From Abditibacterium sp. (GTDB lineage Bacteria > Armatimonadota > Abditibacteriia > Abditibacteriales > Abditibacteriaceae), in the NCBI GenBank assembly GCA_965246885.1, contig OZ251992.1:480001-544000 (forward strand): a stretch of 64,000 nucleotides of DNA, given 5' to 3'. A program made the position numbers and the translations under genes. Each line of letters begins with the position of its first letter. Positions within the stretch are counted from its first letter, which is position 1. The notes under the pieces are model-generated. The model did not search any database. It had not been told where the DNA came from and worked only from the letters and a program-made list of their open reading frames with translations. This document shows positions 1-10,115 of this stretch, in pieces.

Positions 1-879
1 GGTGGATTCAAGGCGCGCGATGTCGCTTTGCCGATGGGCCAAACGCGCCGCTTTTGGGCCGTCTTCAGTTCCCGTTGGCGACTCTTGTGACTCGTTTGCT
101 TCGCGCGCGAGGCGCTCCACGTCGCGCACCGTCAGTCCATCGCGCACTGTGCGGCGCAGCAGCGCGCGCCGTGATTCCTCCCCGCTCGCCATGAGAATCG
201 CGCGGCCATGTCCCTCGGAAATTTGGCCCCCCTTCAACGCTTCCAACGCTTCGGGCGGCAAGTCGAGTAGGCGCAGCGTGTTGGCAATGGCGACGCGGCT
301 TTTCCCGACCCGTGCGGCGATTTTCTCCTGCGACAAGCCGAACTCGCTCGCCAACCGCTTATAAGCGTGCGCCGATTCGAGCGATGAAATGTCGTGGCGT
401 TGCACGTTCTCGATGATGGCCAACTCCAGCGCCGCTTGGTCGTCCACGTCGCGCACGATGGCCGGAATGTGCACTAAGCCCGCTCGCGTCGCGGCCCGCC
501 AGCGCCGCTCGCCCGCGATCATTTGGAAGCGGTGCTTCCCAGTTGGCCGCACCAACACGGGCTGCAACACGCCGTGCTGCTTCAGCGAAACCGCGAGGTT
601 CTCCAATTCTTCCTCTGAAAACACTTGGCGCGGTTGGAACGGGTTCGGCTCAATGGCACTAATCGCCAAATATCGCACCTCGCCTTGAAGCGCGCCCGCG
701 CCGTTCTTGGGTGCCTCGGACGCTTTCCCGCCGCCTTTGGCGTCCTTCGCGGTGGGGATGGATGGCAGGGCGGGTAGGGCATCGCCTCGCGCGAAGCCAG
801 AAAGCAGATCAAAATCGGATTCGGGAATCAGGGCGGATAATCCGCGTCCCAGCCCGCGCTGAATGGTTTTGGTGGACAT
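1..879 (-). CDS. parB: ParB/Spo0J chromosome partitioning protein (3' end runs off the window; absent from ORF track)
   Basis: Manual translation from ATG at 879: MSTKTIQRGLGRGLSALIP...PNPFQPRQVF...GVLQPVLVR...IAGERRWRAA...ENVQRHDISSLESAHAY; directly downstream of parA. Confidence 0.95.
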   Translation of the reverse strand, partial: MSTKTIQRGLGRGLSALIPESDFDLLSGFARGDALPALPSIPTAKDAKGGGKASEAPKNGAGALQGEVRYLAISAIEPNPFQPRQVFSEEELENLAVSLKQHGVLQPVLVRPTGKHRFQMIAGERRWRAATRAGLVHIPAIVRDVDDQAALELAIIENVQRHDISSLESAHAYKRLASEFGLSQEKIAARVGKSRVAIANTLRLLDLPPEALEALKGGQISEGHGRAILMASGEESRRALLRRTVRDGLTVRDVERLAREANESQESPTGTEDGPKAARLAHRQSDIARLEST

Positions 880-915
880 GATAATGGTGCGATTGTGGTG
901 CGAAGCGAGCGCAGT

Positions 916-1731
916 TTAAGGTTTTGCCGGGGCCAGCCCGGCGCGACTCATCACCTCAACGGCGAGGCGGCGATACGCATCCGCTCCGGGCGAGCGCTTA
1001 TCGTGCAAGGCGATGGGCTTGCCGAACGAGGGCGCCTCGGCCAAGCGGACGTTGCGCGGAATGGCGGTTTTGAACAGCAGTTGCGGAAAGTGCTTTTCCA
1101 ACTCCTGCGACACCTGCCCCGACAGCGCGACGCGCGAATCGAACATGGTGCGCAGCAAGCCCATCACCGATAGGTCGGGGTTGAGAAAGCGGCGAATCTT
1201 TTCGAGCGTGCGCAGCAGTTGGCCCAGCCCCTCCAAAGCGAAGTATTCGCACTGAACGGGGATAACTAACCTATCGGCTGCCACCAGCGAGTTCACGGTG
1301 AGAATGGACAACGACGGCGGCGTGTCTATCACCACAAACTGGAAGTCGTCTTTTAGGGCACCGATGATTTGTTTCAGCCCGTCGCGGCGCGGGTTGGCGG
1401 CGAGTTCGATTTCCGACCCCGCCAGTTCGGGTGCTGCGCCAACGACCGACAAAAGTGGCATAGGGCCTTTGGCAATGCCGGGACGAAGCACACTGGCGGG
1501 CGCCGCGTCGGGATGATCGGCGCGCGCGCTTTCAATTGCGACCAGCGCCTCATACAAGGACGGCCCGCCGTAGTCGGACGCCGACACTCCGCAACCGGAG
1601 GTCGCGTTGCCTTGCGGGTCAAGGTCAAGGAGGAGAGTCGGGTGCCCCCACTGCGCGAGAGCGGCGGCTAAGTTCACGGCGGTTGTCGTCTTCCCGACGC
1701 CGCCTTTTTGGTTAATCACGCTAAGAATCAT
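916..1731 (-). CDS. parA: ParA/Soj ATPase
   Basis: NQKGGVGKTTT deviant Walker A, DLDPQGNA, IDTPP, PVQCEYFALEG, IPRNVRLAEAPSFG. Confidence 0.97.
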   Translation of the reverse strand: MILSVINQKGGVGKTTTAVNLAAALAQWGHPTLLLDLDPQGNATSGCGVSASDYGGPSLYEALVAIESARADHPDAAPASVLRPGIAKGPMPLLSVVGAAPELAGSEIELAANPRRDGLKQIIGALKDDFQFVVIDTPPSLSILTVNSLVAADRLVIPVQCEYFALEGLGQLLRTLEKIRRFLNPDLSVMGLLRTMFDSRVALSGQVSQELEKHFPQLLFKTAIPRNVRLAEAPSFGKPIALHDKRSPGADAYRRLAVEVMSRAGLAPAKP

Positions 1732-1745
1732 AGTCGCGCCCTCAA

Positions 1746-1761
1746 TGTTTCACGTGAAACG
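1746..1761. promoter_or_regulatory. parS site 1
   Basis: TGTTTCACGTGAAACG, 15/16 match to consensus TGTTTCACGTGAAACA, 15 bp upstream of parA start. Confidence 0.9.
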
Positions 1762-1778
1762 GGCGGAAGGTATTTTAG

Positions 1779-1794
1779 CGTTTCACGTGAAACA
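1779..1794. promoter_or_regulatory. parS site 2
   Basis: CGTTTCACGTGAAACA, 15/16 match to parS consensus. Confidence 0.9.
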
Positions 1795-1827
1795 AGGCGC
1801 ACGGCCCACGCGAGCGGGCGCTCTTGG

Positions 1828-3192
1828 TTACTTGAGCGCGAAATTCTTGGGCACCACAACTATCCCTTCGGGCGAGACGGTAAAGCGGGCGCGGTCGGCC
1901 TCCTCATCGTAGCCTATCTCCGTGTGTGGCGGGACTTTGACGTGCTTGTCTATGATGGCGCGACGGATTTTGCAATGGCGCCCAATCTCCACGTCGTCGA
2001 ACAAAATAGAGTCCTCGACGCTTGCCCACGAGTGGATGAACGAGCGCGGGCCGATGATGGAGCGCTCTACGCGCGCCCCCGACACCACAGAACCCGTGCA
2101 CAAGAGGGAATCTACAATCACAGGTGTGCGCCCCCGGTCGTGCGCAATCACACGAGCCGGTGGGCCAGGTTGCGCGCGGCGATGCACGGGCCACTCGTCG
2201 TCGTACAGGTTGAACTGCGGTGCCACGCTGACCAAGTCCATGTTCGCCTCGTAATACGACTGCACCGTGCCGATGTCCCGCCAATACACCTCGTCCGGCG
2301 GAAGGGCCGCCGACTTGTTCTCGTCCACAAACGGGTAAGCAAAAACGCGGTCGCCATCCTTCACCATGCGCGGGATGATGTTCTTGCCGAAGTCGTGGTC
2401 GGTATCGGTTTTCACGTCCTCTATTACACGCCGCACCAACTTCTCGGTCGAAAAGATATACACGCCCATCGAAGAGTAGGAAAACTCCTCGTCGCCGGGG
2501 ATGGGCGGCGGGTCGGTGGGCTTCTCCATGAAACCCTCGATGCGGCCCGTCGCATCGGCTTGCGCGATACCAAAACGGGACGCTTCCGCTCGCGGCACGC
2601 GCGTGCAAGAGATGGTTAAGTCGGCGCCGTGCTCCATATGAAAGTTGAGCATCTTCGCGTAGTCCATCTTGTAGATGTGGTCGCCCGACAGAATCACCAC
2701 ATACGCCGGTTTTTCCTGCTCCAGCATGTAGATGTTCTGATAAATGGCGTCGGCGGTGCCCCCATACCAGCGCGACACATTGCGCTGTTGGGGCGGAATC
2801 ACGTTGATGTACTCGCCCATCACAGGGTTGAACAGTTCCCACGCCGTTTGGATGTGGCGCTGCAAGGAGAACGACTTGTACTGCGTCATCACCAAGATGC
2901 GGCGCATACCGGAGTTGATGCAGTTGGACAGCGCAAAGTCAATGATGCGGTAAGTGCCGCCAAAAGGAACCCCCGGCTTGGCGCGGTCGCGCGTGAGGGG
3001 CGAGAGCCGCTCCCCCTGACCGCCCGCCAGAATCATCACGACGGTGTTTTGCAACGGGTTCTGACCTGCGCGCCCCTGCACTCCGCGCGAGATGGTCGGG
3101 GCAAAGCGCACCTCACCGGGATGGACATACTGGTCAACGGGCGAGGGCGCGGACTCAGCCGGGGATGATTCGGTTGGCGTGTGGAGTTCCAT
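1828..3192 (-). CDS. glgC: Glucose-1-phosphate adenylyltransferase
   Basis: ILAGGQGERLSPLTRDRAKPGVPFGG, GTADAIYQN, LSGDHIYKMDY, FMEKP, DFGKNIIP, YWRDIGT. Confidence 0.96.
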   Translation of the reverse strand: MELHTPTESSPAESAPSPVDQYVHPGEVRFAPTISRGVQGRAGQNPLQNTVVMILAGGQGERLSPLTRDRAKPGVPFGGTYRIIDFALSNCINSGMRRILVMTQYKSFSLQRHIQTAWELFNPVMGEYINVIPPQQRNVSRWYGGTADAIYQNIYMLEQEKPAYVVILSGDHIYKMDYAKMLNFHMEHGADLTISCTRVPRAEASRFGIAQADATGRIEGFMEKPTDPPPIPGDEEFSYSSMGVYIFSTEKLVRRVIEDVKTDTDHDFGKNIIPRMVKDGDRVFAYPFVDENKSAALPPDEVYWRDIGTVQSYYEANMDLVSVAPQFNLYDDEWPVHRRAQPGPPARVIAHDRGRTPVIVDSLLCTGSVVSGARVERSIIGPRSFIHSWASVEDSILFDDVEIGRHCKIRRAIIDKHVKVPPHTEIGYDEEADRARFTVSPEGIVVVPKNFALK

Positions 3193-3219
3193 GATGATCT
3201 TAAAAAACAGGTGCAGTGT

Positions 3220-3624
3220 CTACGCGGCGCGCGTTTGGAGTAGCTCGGCGACTTTGGCTTTCAAACCGGACAGGTCGCTTTGCTTCACAATGTAAGCGTC
3301 GGCTGACCACGACGCGAAGGAGTCCTTATAACTCGCGTAGGCAGTGTGAATGATGACCGGGACGTGCCGGTCGGCTTCGATGAGGCGCGACATGGTATCG
3401 AGGCCGTCCATCACCGGCATGTTGACGTCTATAATGACGAGGTCGGGGTGCGACTCGGCAGCCATGCGTAACGCCTGCTTGCCGTCGGGCGCGGTAATGA
3501 CTTCGTAGCCCTCATCGCGCATCTCTTCCTCATACAAAGCGCGTTGGTTGGGATCGTCTTCGACGATCAGTATAAGCGGCTGGCGCGGTGCGGTTTGGGT
3601 CGGTGTGCTGGTGTCGGTATTCAT
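3220..3624 (-). CDS. Single-domain response regulator (receiver)
   Basis: ILIVEDD, PDLVIIDVNMPVMDG, HTAY, YIVK; no output domain. Confidence 0.92.
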   Translation of the reverse strand: MNTDTSTPTQTAPRQPLILIVEDDPNQRALYEEEMRDEGYEVITAPDGKQALRMAAESHPDLVIIDVNMPVMDGLDTMSRLIEADRHVPVIIHTAYASYKDSFASWSADAYIVKQSDLSGLKAKVAELLQTRAA

Positions 3625-3672
3625 GGCGATGATAAGTGAACCTTGTAAGAGCGATACGCGCGCCAGAAGTAA

Positions 3673-6042
3673 TTAAATTTCCTTCTGGACTTCCTCAGTT
3701 GTCCTCAGGGGAAAGGTGAACGTAAACGTGGTGCCGACGCCCTCCTCTGACTCGACGTCTATGTGCCCGCCGTGATCGGCGATGATGCGCTTGGTGACGG
3801 GTAGTCCCAAGCCCGACCCGGAAACTTTGGTCGAAAAGAACGGGTCGAACACCTGCTTAAGGGCTTTCCCCGAAATTCCAACGCCCGCGTCTTTGATGCT
3901 GATGGCGACGGTATCCGGGGACGGCTGGCAAGTCGTCACGCACATGGCGCCGCCGTCCGGCATGGCCTGCGCGCCGTTGCGGATAGTGTTGAGTAGCGCT
4001 TGCAAGATGCGCGAGCGGTCGAGGGGCACAAGCGGCAACTCTGGGGTAAAATCGCGCTCTACCGTTACCCCTGCCGCGCGCAGGTCGGCTTCGGCGAGGA
4101 GCAACGAATGCTCGGCGACCTCGTTGAGCGATTCTAATTGTAGTTCCAACGGGCGCGGGCGGGCCATATCGAGCAGGTCGCCCAAAAGCTCTTCCAGCCG
4201 TTTGACCTCGTCCACAATGACGCCCGTTTTGCGCTTGACGCCTTCCACCTCGTCGGGCTTTTTGAGCACGGAGCGCGCGAAGCCGCCGATGGTCGCCAAG
4301 GGGTTGCGAATCTCGTGCGACACGCGCGCCGCCATCTCTCCCACCGCCACCAAGCGCTCGGACAAAACCAGTTCGCGCTGCGCTTCTTGCAAGTCGCCAA
4401 AAGTCTGGGCGTTGTCTATGGCCAAGCACGCTTGACCCGCCAAGGTGTCGAGCATTTGCACGTCGTCGTCCTCGACGGGCGCCCCGGAATAAAGGTTGTC
4501 GGCGAAGATGACGCCGATGACCTCGTCTTTGGTGACAAGGGGCGCAATGGCCATTTCGCGCGCGCACAAGAGGGCGGCGAAACGACCCGTTTCGTCTTTC
4601 CATTCCGGCGGAGCATCGTCGGGGCAGGAAAAGAGGTCGTCGTGCGTCACGCGGCGCGCGCGTTTGTCGGCCAAGACGGTGGCGAGCAGGGGAAAGCAGG
4701 GGTTGTCCGGGTGCCCGACTAACTCCCGCGTTTGCTGTTGCAGAGGCGTGTCGAGGTTTACCCCGTCGTGCGCCAGCATTTCTTCGAGCGATAGCTCGCG
4801 CTGCGAGATGTCCCCCCAAATCTGGCCCGCCTCGTCCGCCGACGACGGCCCAAGCGCCATGCGCCCGTTGAAGACGCCCCGCGCGCCATCGAACAGAAAC
4901 ACAAACGCCCGGTTGAACCCCAGAGCCGACCCCGCCGTGATGCACGTGAGCACCGTAGACAGCACCCGGTTGACATCGAGCGAAACGGCTTCTTGAAACA
5001 AGCGCCCGATTTCGTGCATCAGTTGCAGCTGGTACGTCTTGCGCCACCTCTGCGTCAGGTTAATCATCAACAGCGCTGTCTCGGCCTGCCCCCGAAAGTA
5101 AACGCGGAACAAGCGCACGTCGAAGATTTGGTTGCCTTCACGCGACCAGACATGCACTTCCGGCACCTCGCGCGCCTCGCCGGTTTCGAGCACCGTCTCG
5201 ATGGCGGCGCGCAGGTCGTGGTGGCGGGCGGGACTTTCCCCAAAGACGCGCTCGAAGGGCTGTTTGTGGAAGTCCTCCCGCGCGGCGCCAAAGGTGTCCA
5301 ATAACCGTTGGTTGACGAACTGAATGGTGCCGCCCTTATCCACCACCAGAAGCGAGTGCATCATCGAGGTAAGCAAGGACTGGTTAAAGTCGTTGATCTC
5401 GCTCATCGAGCGAGTGATGCGCGAGTTCTGCAAATAGGCGGCGACAATCGCGGCGCTGGTGTGCAATGCCGCTTCGTCGCGCGCTTCGAGGGCGCCCTCA
5501 TCGCGGGTCTGAATCACCAGCCAGCCCGACCCCTCGCCGTCGGCGGGCACCGTCACGCTCAGGACGGAGCGCGCTTCGGGGTGGGCGTCGCCGCTTCGCA
5601 GTTCGTGAGCGCGACGGCGCGACAAGGGCAGTGGCGCCAGACCATGCTCGCCCGCACCCGCCACTAAGATGAGGTCGTCCGCTTCGCCGTCCCAAAAGCG
5701 CACGAGGGAGTCTTCGTCGCCAAACAAGCCCGACAGCGCGCGACCCGACAGATACAGCGAGACATCGCAATCGGCGAAGTGCGAGCCGATGGCGCGCGTC
5801 ACCTGCGACAGAAACACCTCGTTATCGTGGGTGGCGAGCGCGCACTTTTGCACTTCGTTAACCAGAGAGAGGTGCCGAGCGCGCTTCTGCTCTTGTAAAA
5901 ACAGGGCGGAATGACGCGCGTCGGAGATTTCCAATTCTCGCACTTGGTGACTCAACTCTTCAATGCGCGCGTCGGCATCGAATTCCTCGGACGGCGGCGG
6001 GAACGTCGAACGCAAGGGGGGCGGCGGGGCGGCTTCGAGCAT
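3673..6042 (-). CDS. Cytoplasmic GAF/PAS sensor histidine kinase
   Basis: H-box VSHEIRNPL, N-box NTIRNGAQAM, DAGVG, FDPFFSTK, GSGLGL; GAF-like (IGVIFADN) and PAS-like (IQFVNQRL) segments; start placed at ATG 6042 (uncertain). Confidence 0.9.
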   Translation of the reverse strand: MLEAAPPPPLRSTFPPPSEEFDADARIEELSHQVRELEISDARHSALFLQEQKRARHLSLVNEVQKCALATHDNEVFLSQVTRAIGSHFADCDVSLYLSGRALSGLFGDEDSLVRFWDGEADDLILVAGAGEHGLAPLPLSRRRAHELRSGDAHPEARSVLSVTVPADGEGSGWLVIQTRDEGALEARDEAALHTSAAIVAAYLQNSRITRSMSEINDFNQSLLTSMMHSLLVVDKGGTIQFVNQRLLDTFGAAREDFHKQPFERVFGESPARHHDLRAAIETVLETGEAREVPEVHVWSREGNQIFDVRLFRVYFRGQAETALLMINLTQRWRKTYQLQLMHEIGRLFQEAVSLDVNRVLSTVLTCITAGSALGFNRAFVFLFDGARGVFNGRMALGPSSADEAGQIWGDISQRELSLEEMLAHDGVNLDTPLQQQTRELVGHPDNPCFPLLATVLADKRARRVTHDDLFSCPDDAPPEWKDETGRFAALLCAREMAIAPLVTKDEVIGVIFADNLYSGAPVEDDDVQMLDTLAGQACLAIDNAQTFGDLQEAQRELVLSERLVAVGEMAARVSHEIRNPLATIGGFARSVLKKPDEVEGVKRKTGVIVDEVKRLEELLGDLLDMARPRPLELQLESLNEVAEHSLLLAEADLRAAGVTVERDFTPELPLVPLDRSRILQALLNTIRNGAQAMPDGGAMCVTTCQPSPDTVAISIKDAGVGISGKALKQVFDPFFSTKVSGSGLGLPVTKRIIADHGGHIDVESEEGVGTTFTFTFPLRTTEEVQKEI

Positions 6043-6169
6043 GGCGCGGGGGTTCTCCAAAAAGCACCCGCAGTTTGCCCGAATGGACTCCGCCGCGCGC
6101 GGCCACTCCACCGCGCGCGGCCACTGCACTGCCTTTGTCTGTTACTCGCCGCCACGCGCGCGCCACTGA

Positions 6170-6211
6170 CCCACAGGTACGCGTCGTTCGCCCACAGGTA
6201 CGCGTCGTTCG
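6170..6211. repeat. Perfect 2 x 21-bp tandem repeat in divergent intergenic region
   Basis: CCCACAGGTACGCGTCGTTCG twice; a near-perfect 18-bp duplication lies just upstream (about 6093-6128). Confidence 0.85.
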
Positions 6212-6449
6212 CCGCCACACGTCTGTCAACGCGTGGCGCAGGGCGGTGGCGGAGCCGCCTGCTCGTGTCCAACGGGCAGACACGGAAGCACGGCGGCGCG
6301 CGATTGACATGCGAATCGCACCTCCGAGGAAAAAATCGCCCAAGGCATCGGCAGATTTGGCACACTTGCGCTCCAAAGAACGTCCGCGCATTTTCTGGTT
6401 CGTGGGCGCCCATCTCTTATTTTCCGCCCTTCGCCCGGCTGTCTTCTTT

Positions 6450-8582
6450 ATGAAATCTCTCGATTCGCGCTCTTTGGCCTTGCTTGCGCCGCTTTTGTTG
6501 GGCACCCTCCCCGCATCGGCGCGCGGGCGCCATGTCGTCCTGCGCCCCTCCCTCGTGCCGCCCGTGTCGCGCCCCGTCCCGTTTGGCACAGCCATCAAAC
6601 GCATCGCCAACGCGCAGCTTTTGCCCGAAACCACCGCGCGCGCGGTGGAGTTACAAGGCGATGCGCTGTCCATCAGCTTGGGCGATGTCGTGCTGTTGCC
6701 GTTTACGAGCGTGACGCGCATTATTACCGAGGACGACGAAATTGCGCGCGCCTACTTCCAAAACGGCTCGCCCGTTCTGCAAGGCGTGGCAACGGGCGTC
6801 ACCAACGTGGAGATTTACCAAGCGAGCAGTTCGCCGCGCGTATTGACCATCACCGTCGGTTCCGCAACGGGGAAGCCCAAAGCTACGCCCGAACCGGTTC
6901 CCACCGTCGCTCCCTTTCCCATCGCCACGCCCATTGCGACCCGCACGCCCGCGCCACTTCCCACCGTCACGCCCGAACCGGAGCCAACCGAAGCGCCGCT
7001 TCCCCTTCCTACAACTGCGCCCGAACCCTTCGCCACGCCGCTTCCCACTGCGGCGCCCACGCCTTCGGGCGGAGACAGCATGACGCCGCCCGTTTCGGGT
7101 GGGGATACGACTCCGGCGCCCGACAACGCGCCGGTGACACCCATCGCGCCCGCGCGCTCGTCGCTGTCGATTGCCCTGCGCGCCACCCCGACGACGGGCA
7201 ATCCGGGGCAGACCACGTTTTTCGTGGACTATCGCAACCCCGGCCCGACATCCGCGCGCGGCGTGGTAGTGCGCTTCGCACTGGATGAGAGGGTTTCGTA
7301 TGTGACCGATTCGGCGTCTAACGGCGGGCAGTACGATCCGGCGCGGCGCGAGGTCAAATGGAACATTGGCAACTTGCCCGCCGGATTCGCGCGCGGGCAA
7401 TTATCGCTACGCGTCGAACCCATCGAACGCGGCGCTTTTACGTTCACCTCGCAAGCCACCATCGAGGACGCGACGGGAGACGCTCCCATCCCGTCGGCGC
7501 AACTCTCGTATTCGACGACGACCACGCCGCTTCTGACGGTCTTCGCGCTTCCCGACCGCTTTCTGGCGGCGCAAAACAAGCCGCGCCTGAACGACGTGAG
7601 CGGAACGGAAACCGAGGCCGCCGTGACCCGCTTGCAATACATGGGCGTGGTGACGGGCCGCGCGCCGGGGTTATATGAACCCGCGCAACCCGCCGAGCGC
7701 GCCGAGTATGCGGTGATGACGCTCAACGGCCTCAATCTGCGCGACCTGCGCGACGTGACGCAAATCAAGTTCGTGCTGTCGCGTCATTCGACAGTGTCGT
7801 TGGGCATCGAAAACGCGGCGGGGGTGCGGGTCGCGGATTTGATCCGCCAGACCGCGTTCGAGGCGGGCGAGCACACGGTGGTATGGAACGGCAAAACGGC
7901 GCGAGGCTTTGTCGCGCCGGGGCGTTACACGTACATCTGCACCGCGCGCGACGCGCGCGGGCAAAGCACCACGCTTCGCGGAACGCTACAGATCGTGTCC
8001 AACGAGCCGCTCCCGCTTGAAGGGATGCCTACGTTCTTGGATGTGAAGCCGTCCGACTGGTTTGCGCGCTATCTCGCGGTCGGTGAAAAGCAGGGGCTGG
8101 TCTTCGGCTTTCCCGACAAGACCTTCCGCCCCCGTCAGCCCATCTCTCGCGTGGAAGCGACGGCCATCGTGGTGCGCGCGCTTGGCCTGTCGGATGTCGC
8201 CCGCCGTTGGAGCGACAAGGACGTCGGCTTTTTGGATTACGCCGAAATTCCCAAGTGGGCGCGCGGCGATGTCAACGTGGCGACGACCCTCGCCAAAACT
8301 GCCGCCGGGCGCCCGATGCTACGCGGCACCACACAAAACACCTTCGAGCCAAACGCGCAGCTACGCCGCGATCAAGCCGCGCTGATTGTGCAGCGCCTCA
8401 TTGACCGCGAAACCACGCGCCGCGTGAGGGTTTCCGGCTCGATTGTTCCCGGCGCCGTCGTTTCCATCAACTCGCGCCCCATCTCGGCGGACGGCAACGG
8501 CACGTTCTCCTTCGACATAGACCAAACCAACTCGGCGCCCACGACGCTTTCCGTTGTGGACACGCGCGGCAACGCCTTCTAA
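6450..8582 (+). CDS. Secreted surface protein: Ig-like N-terminus, Pro/Thr linker, DUF11-like domain, three SLH domains with an FlgD-Ig-like insert
   Basis: Signal peptide MKSLDSRSLALLAPLLLG; SLH motifs (FLDVKPSDWF...GFPDKTFRPRQPISRVEA; FLDYAEIPKWA); FlgD-like GEHTVVWNGK...VAPGRYTY. Confidence 0.8.
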   Translation: MKSLDSRSLALLAPLLLGTLPASARGRHVVLRPSLVPPVSRPVPFGTAIKRIANAQLLPETTARAVELQGDALSISLGDVVLLPFTSVTRIITEDDEIARAYFQNGSPVLQGVATGVTNVEIYQASSSPRVLTITVGSATGKPKATPEPVPTVAPFPIATPIATRTPAPLPTVTPEPEPTEAPLPLPTTAPEPFATPLPTAAPTPSGGDSMTPPVSGGDTTPAPDNAPVTPIAPARSSLSIALRATPTTGNPGQTTFFVDYRNPGPTSARGVVVRFALDERVSYVTDSASNGGQYDPARREVKWNIGNLPAGFARGQLSLRVEPIERGAFTFTSQATIEDATGDAPIPSAQLSYSTTTTPLLTVFALPDRFLAAQNKPRLNDVSGTETEAAVTRLQYMGVVTGRAPGLYEPAQPAERAEYAVMTLNGLNLRDLRDVTQIKFVLSRHSTVSLGIENAAGVRVADLIRQTAFEAGEHTVVWNGKTARGFVAPGRYTYICTARDARGQSTTLRGTLQIVSNEPLPLEGMPTFLDVKPSDWFARYLAVGEKQGLVFGFPDKTFRPRQPISRVEATAIVVRALGLSDVARRWSDKDVGFLDYAEIPKWARGDVNVATTLAKTAAGRPMLRGTTQNTFEPNAQLRRDQAALIVQRLIDRETTRRVRVSGSIVPGAVVSINSRPISADGNGTFSFDIDQTNSAPTTLSVVDTRGNAF

Positions 8583-8600
8583 GACGCGGCAGGCGCCTTT

Positions 8601-9248
8601 ATGCTTCCCAAATACGACACCCTCTCCCGCCTCACCTCCGTTGGGCTGGTGGCGGTCGTGCGCGCCGAAAGCGCGGACGCGGCGCTCCGGGTAGCCGAAG
8701 CGCTTCTCGAAGGCGGTTGCCCCGCGCTCGAAATCACCTTTACCGTTCCGGGCGCGCCGAAGGTGCTTGAAGCCTTGGCCGCGCGCTACTCGCCGAGCGA
8801 ACTCATCTTGGGCGCGGGCACTGTCCTCGACCCCGAAACGGCGCGCATCGCGCTCCTCTCAGGTGCGACCTATATCGTGTCGCCCGCGCTCAACGTCGAA
8901 ACGGTGCGCTTGTGCAATCGCTACCAAGCCCCCGTTATGCCGGGCGCCATGACGCCGCGCGAGGTGATCGAGGGCTTGGAAGCGGGCGCCGACATCATCA
9001 AACTCTTCCCCGGCGAAGCGTTCGGGCCGAGTTTCCTGCGCGCTTTGAAAGGCCCGCTCCCGCAAGCGCCGCTTATGCCAACGGGCGGGGTGGATTTGGG
9101 CAACGTCGGCGAATGGATACGCGCGGGCGCCGTTGCGGTAGGCGCCGGTTCGAGCCTAAGCGGAGCCGCGCGCAATGGCGACTACGCTGGTGTGTCCACG
9201 ACAGCGCGCCAGTTCATCGAGGCCATCCGCGCCGCGCGCAGCGGTTGA
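8601..9248 (+). CDS. eda: KDPG/KHG aldolase
   Basis: LVAVVR, LEITFTVP, GAGTVLD, IKLFPG, MPTGGV. Confidence 0.93.
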   Translation: MLPKYDTLSRLTSVGLVAVVRAESADAALRVAEALLEGGCPALEITFTVPGAPKVLEALAARYSPSELILGAGTVLDPETARIALLSGATYIVSPALNVETVRLCNRYQAPVMPGAMTPREVIEGLEAGADIIKLFPGEAFGPSFLRALKGPLPQAPLMPTGGVDLGNVGEWIRAGAVAVGAGSSLSGAARNGDYAGVSTTARQFIEAIRAARSG

Positions 9249-9320
9249 GTGGGCGGCTGAGCATCTTCTGCCAGACCCGCGCGTGTGGTTTCCGTTTATA
9301 ATGAAGTGGAAGCACACACT

Positions 9321-10115
9321 ATGAACACCAAACACTTATCTGCAACGGTTACACTTGCGAGCGCGTTCGCGCTCGCCGGGGTCTTTCGTCCCGCCCTTGC
9401 CGCACCCGCGACGCCGCTCAAAGTCGGGCAGGGCGGCACGACGACACTGGAGAAGAACGCGAGCGTGGATTATACGGTCTCGCTTCCTAAAGGTTTATAC
9501 CGCATCGTGTGGGACGCGGAGCGCGTGGACGGGCGGGAGTCGAACATACAAGGCGAACTGGAATTACTCAAGCCCAACGGCGTGGTGCTGAACTCTTCGC
9601 TCGCCAGTTTCAACGCCATTGCCGTCGCCAGTCGCGTCGGGACGACCTACCGCGCGCCCAAGCCGTTCGTGGCGCGCTTTCGACTTCGTAACGAGGATGC
9701 GCCGCTCCATGTCTGGTTTCGCGTGGTGTCCGCGCAAGCCGCGCGGGTGCCGTTTGGCTGGGGCGCGAAGGTCACGCCCGCGCGCATTTCAAGTGACAAC
9801 GGTGTCGGCGGGAGTCTCGAACCGAATCAGAGCGCTTTCCACGCCATCACTCTGCCGCCCGGCAAGTGGAGCATCTCGCTCGGTTTGCAACTGCCCGACG
9901 GCCAGAACTCCAATCTTCAAGGTTCTATCGACCGCTTGGACGCGCAGGGGTTTATGGTGAAAAAGGACTTCGTCAGTCTGAATAAGATAGACACTCAGGC
10001 CCGCGACGAGGGCATCCTGACGATCACCAAGCCGACGCCGATCCTCCTGCGCGTCAACAACGATTCGGGCGGCAAGAGCTACAAATACGACGTCACTATC
10101 GAGAAGGCGAGCTAA
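9321..10115 (+). CDS. Secreted hypothetical protein with two internally repeated beta-sandwich (PPC-like) domains
   Basis: Signal peptide ending ALA; repeat LEKNASVDYTVSLPKG..SNIQGEL versus LEPNQSAFHAITLPPG..SNLQGSI. Confidence 0.75.
   Translation: MNTKHLSATVTLASAFALAGVFRPALAAPATPLKVGQGGTTTLEKNASVDYTVSLPKGLYRIVWDAERVDGRESNIQGELELLKPNGVVLNSSLASFNAIAVASRVGTTYRAPKPFVARFRLRNEDAPLHVWFRVVSAQAARVPFGWGAKVTPARISSDNGVGGSLEPNQSAFHAITLPPGKWSISLGLQLPDGQNSNLQGSIDRLDAQGFMVKKDFVSLNKIDTQARDEGILTITKPTPILLRVNNDSGGKSYKYDVTIEKAS

Noticed and set aside
6075..6449. N-terminal extension of the SLH protein; likewise 53085-53276 and 56421-56627
   Set aside because: The extensions run through repeat or intergenic DNA; signal peptide or family N-termini begin at the downstream ATG.
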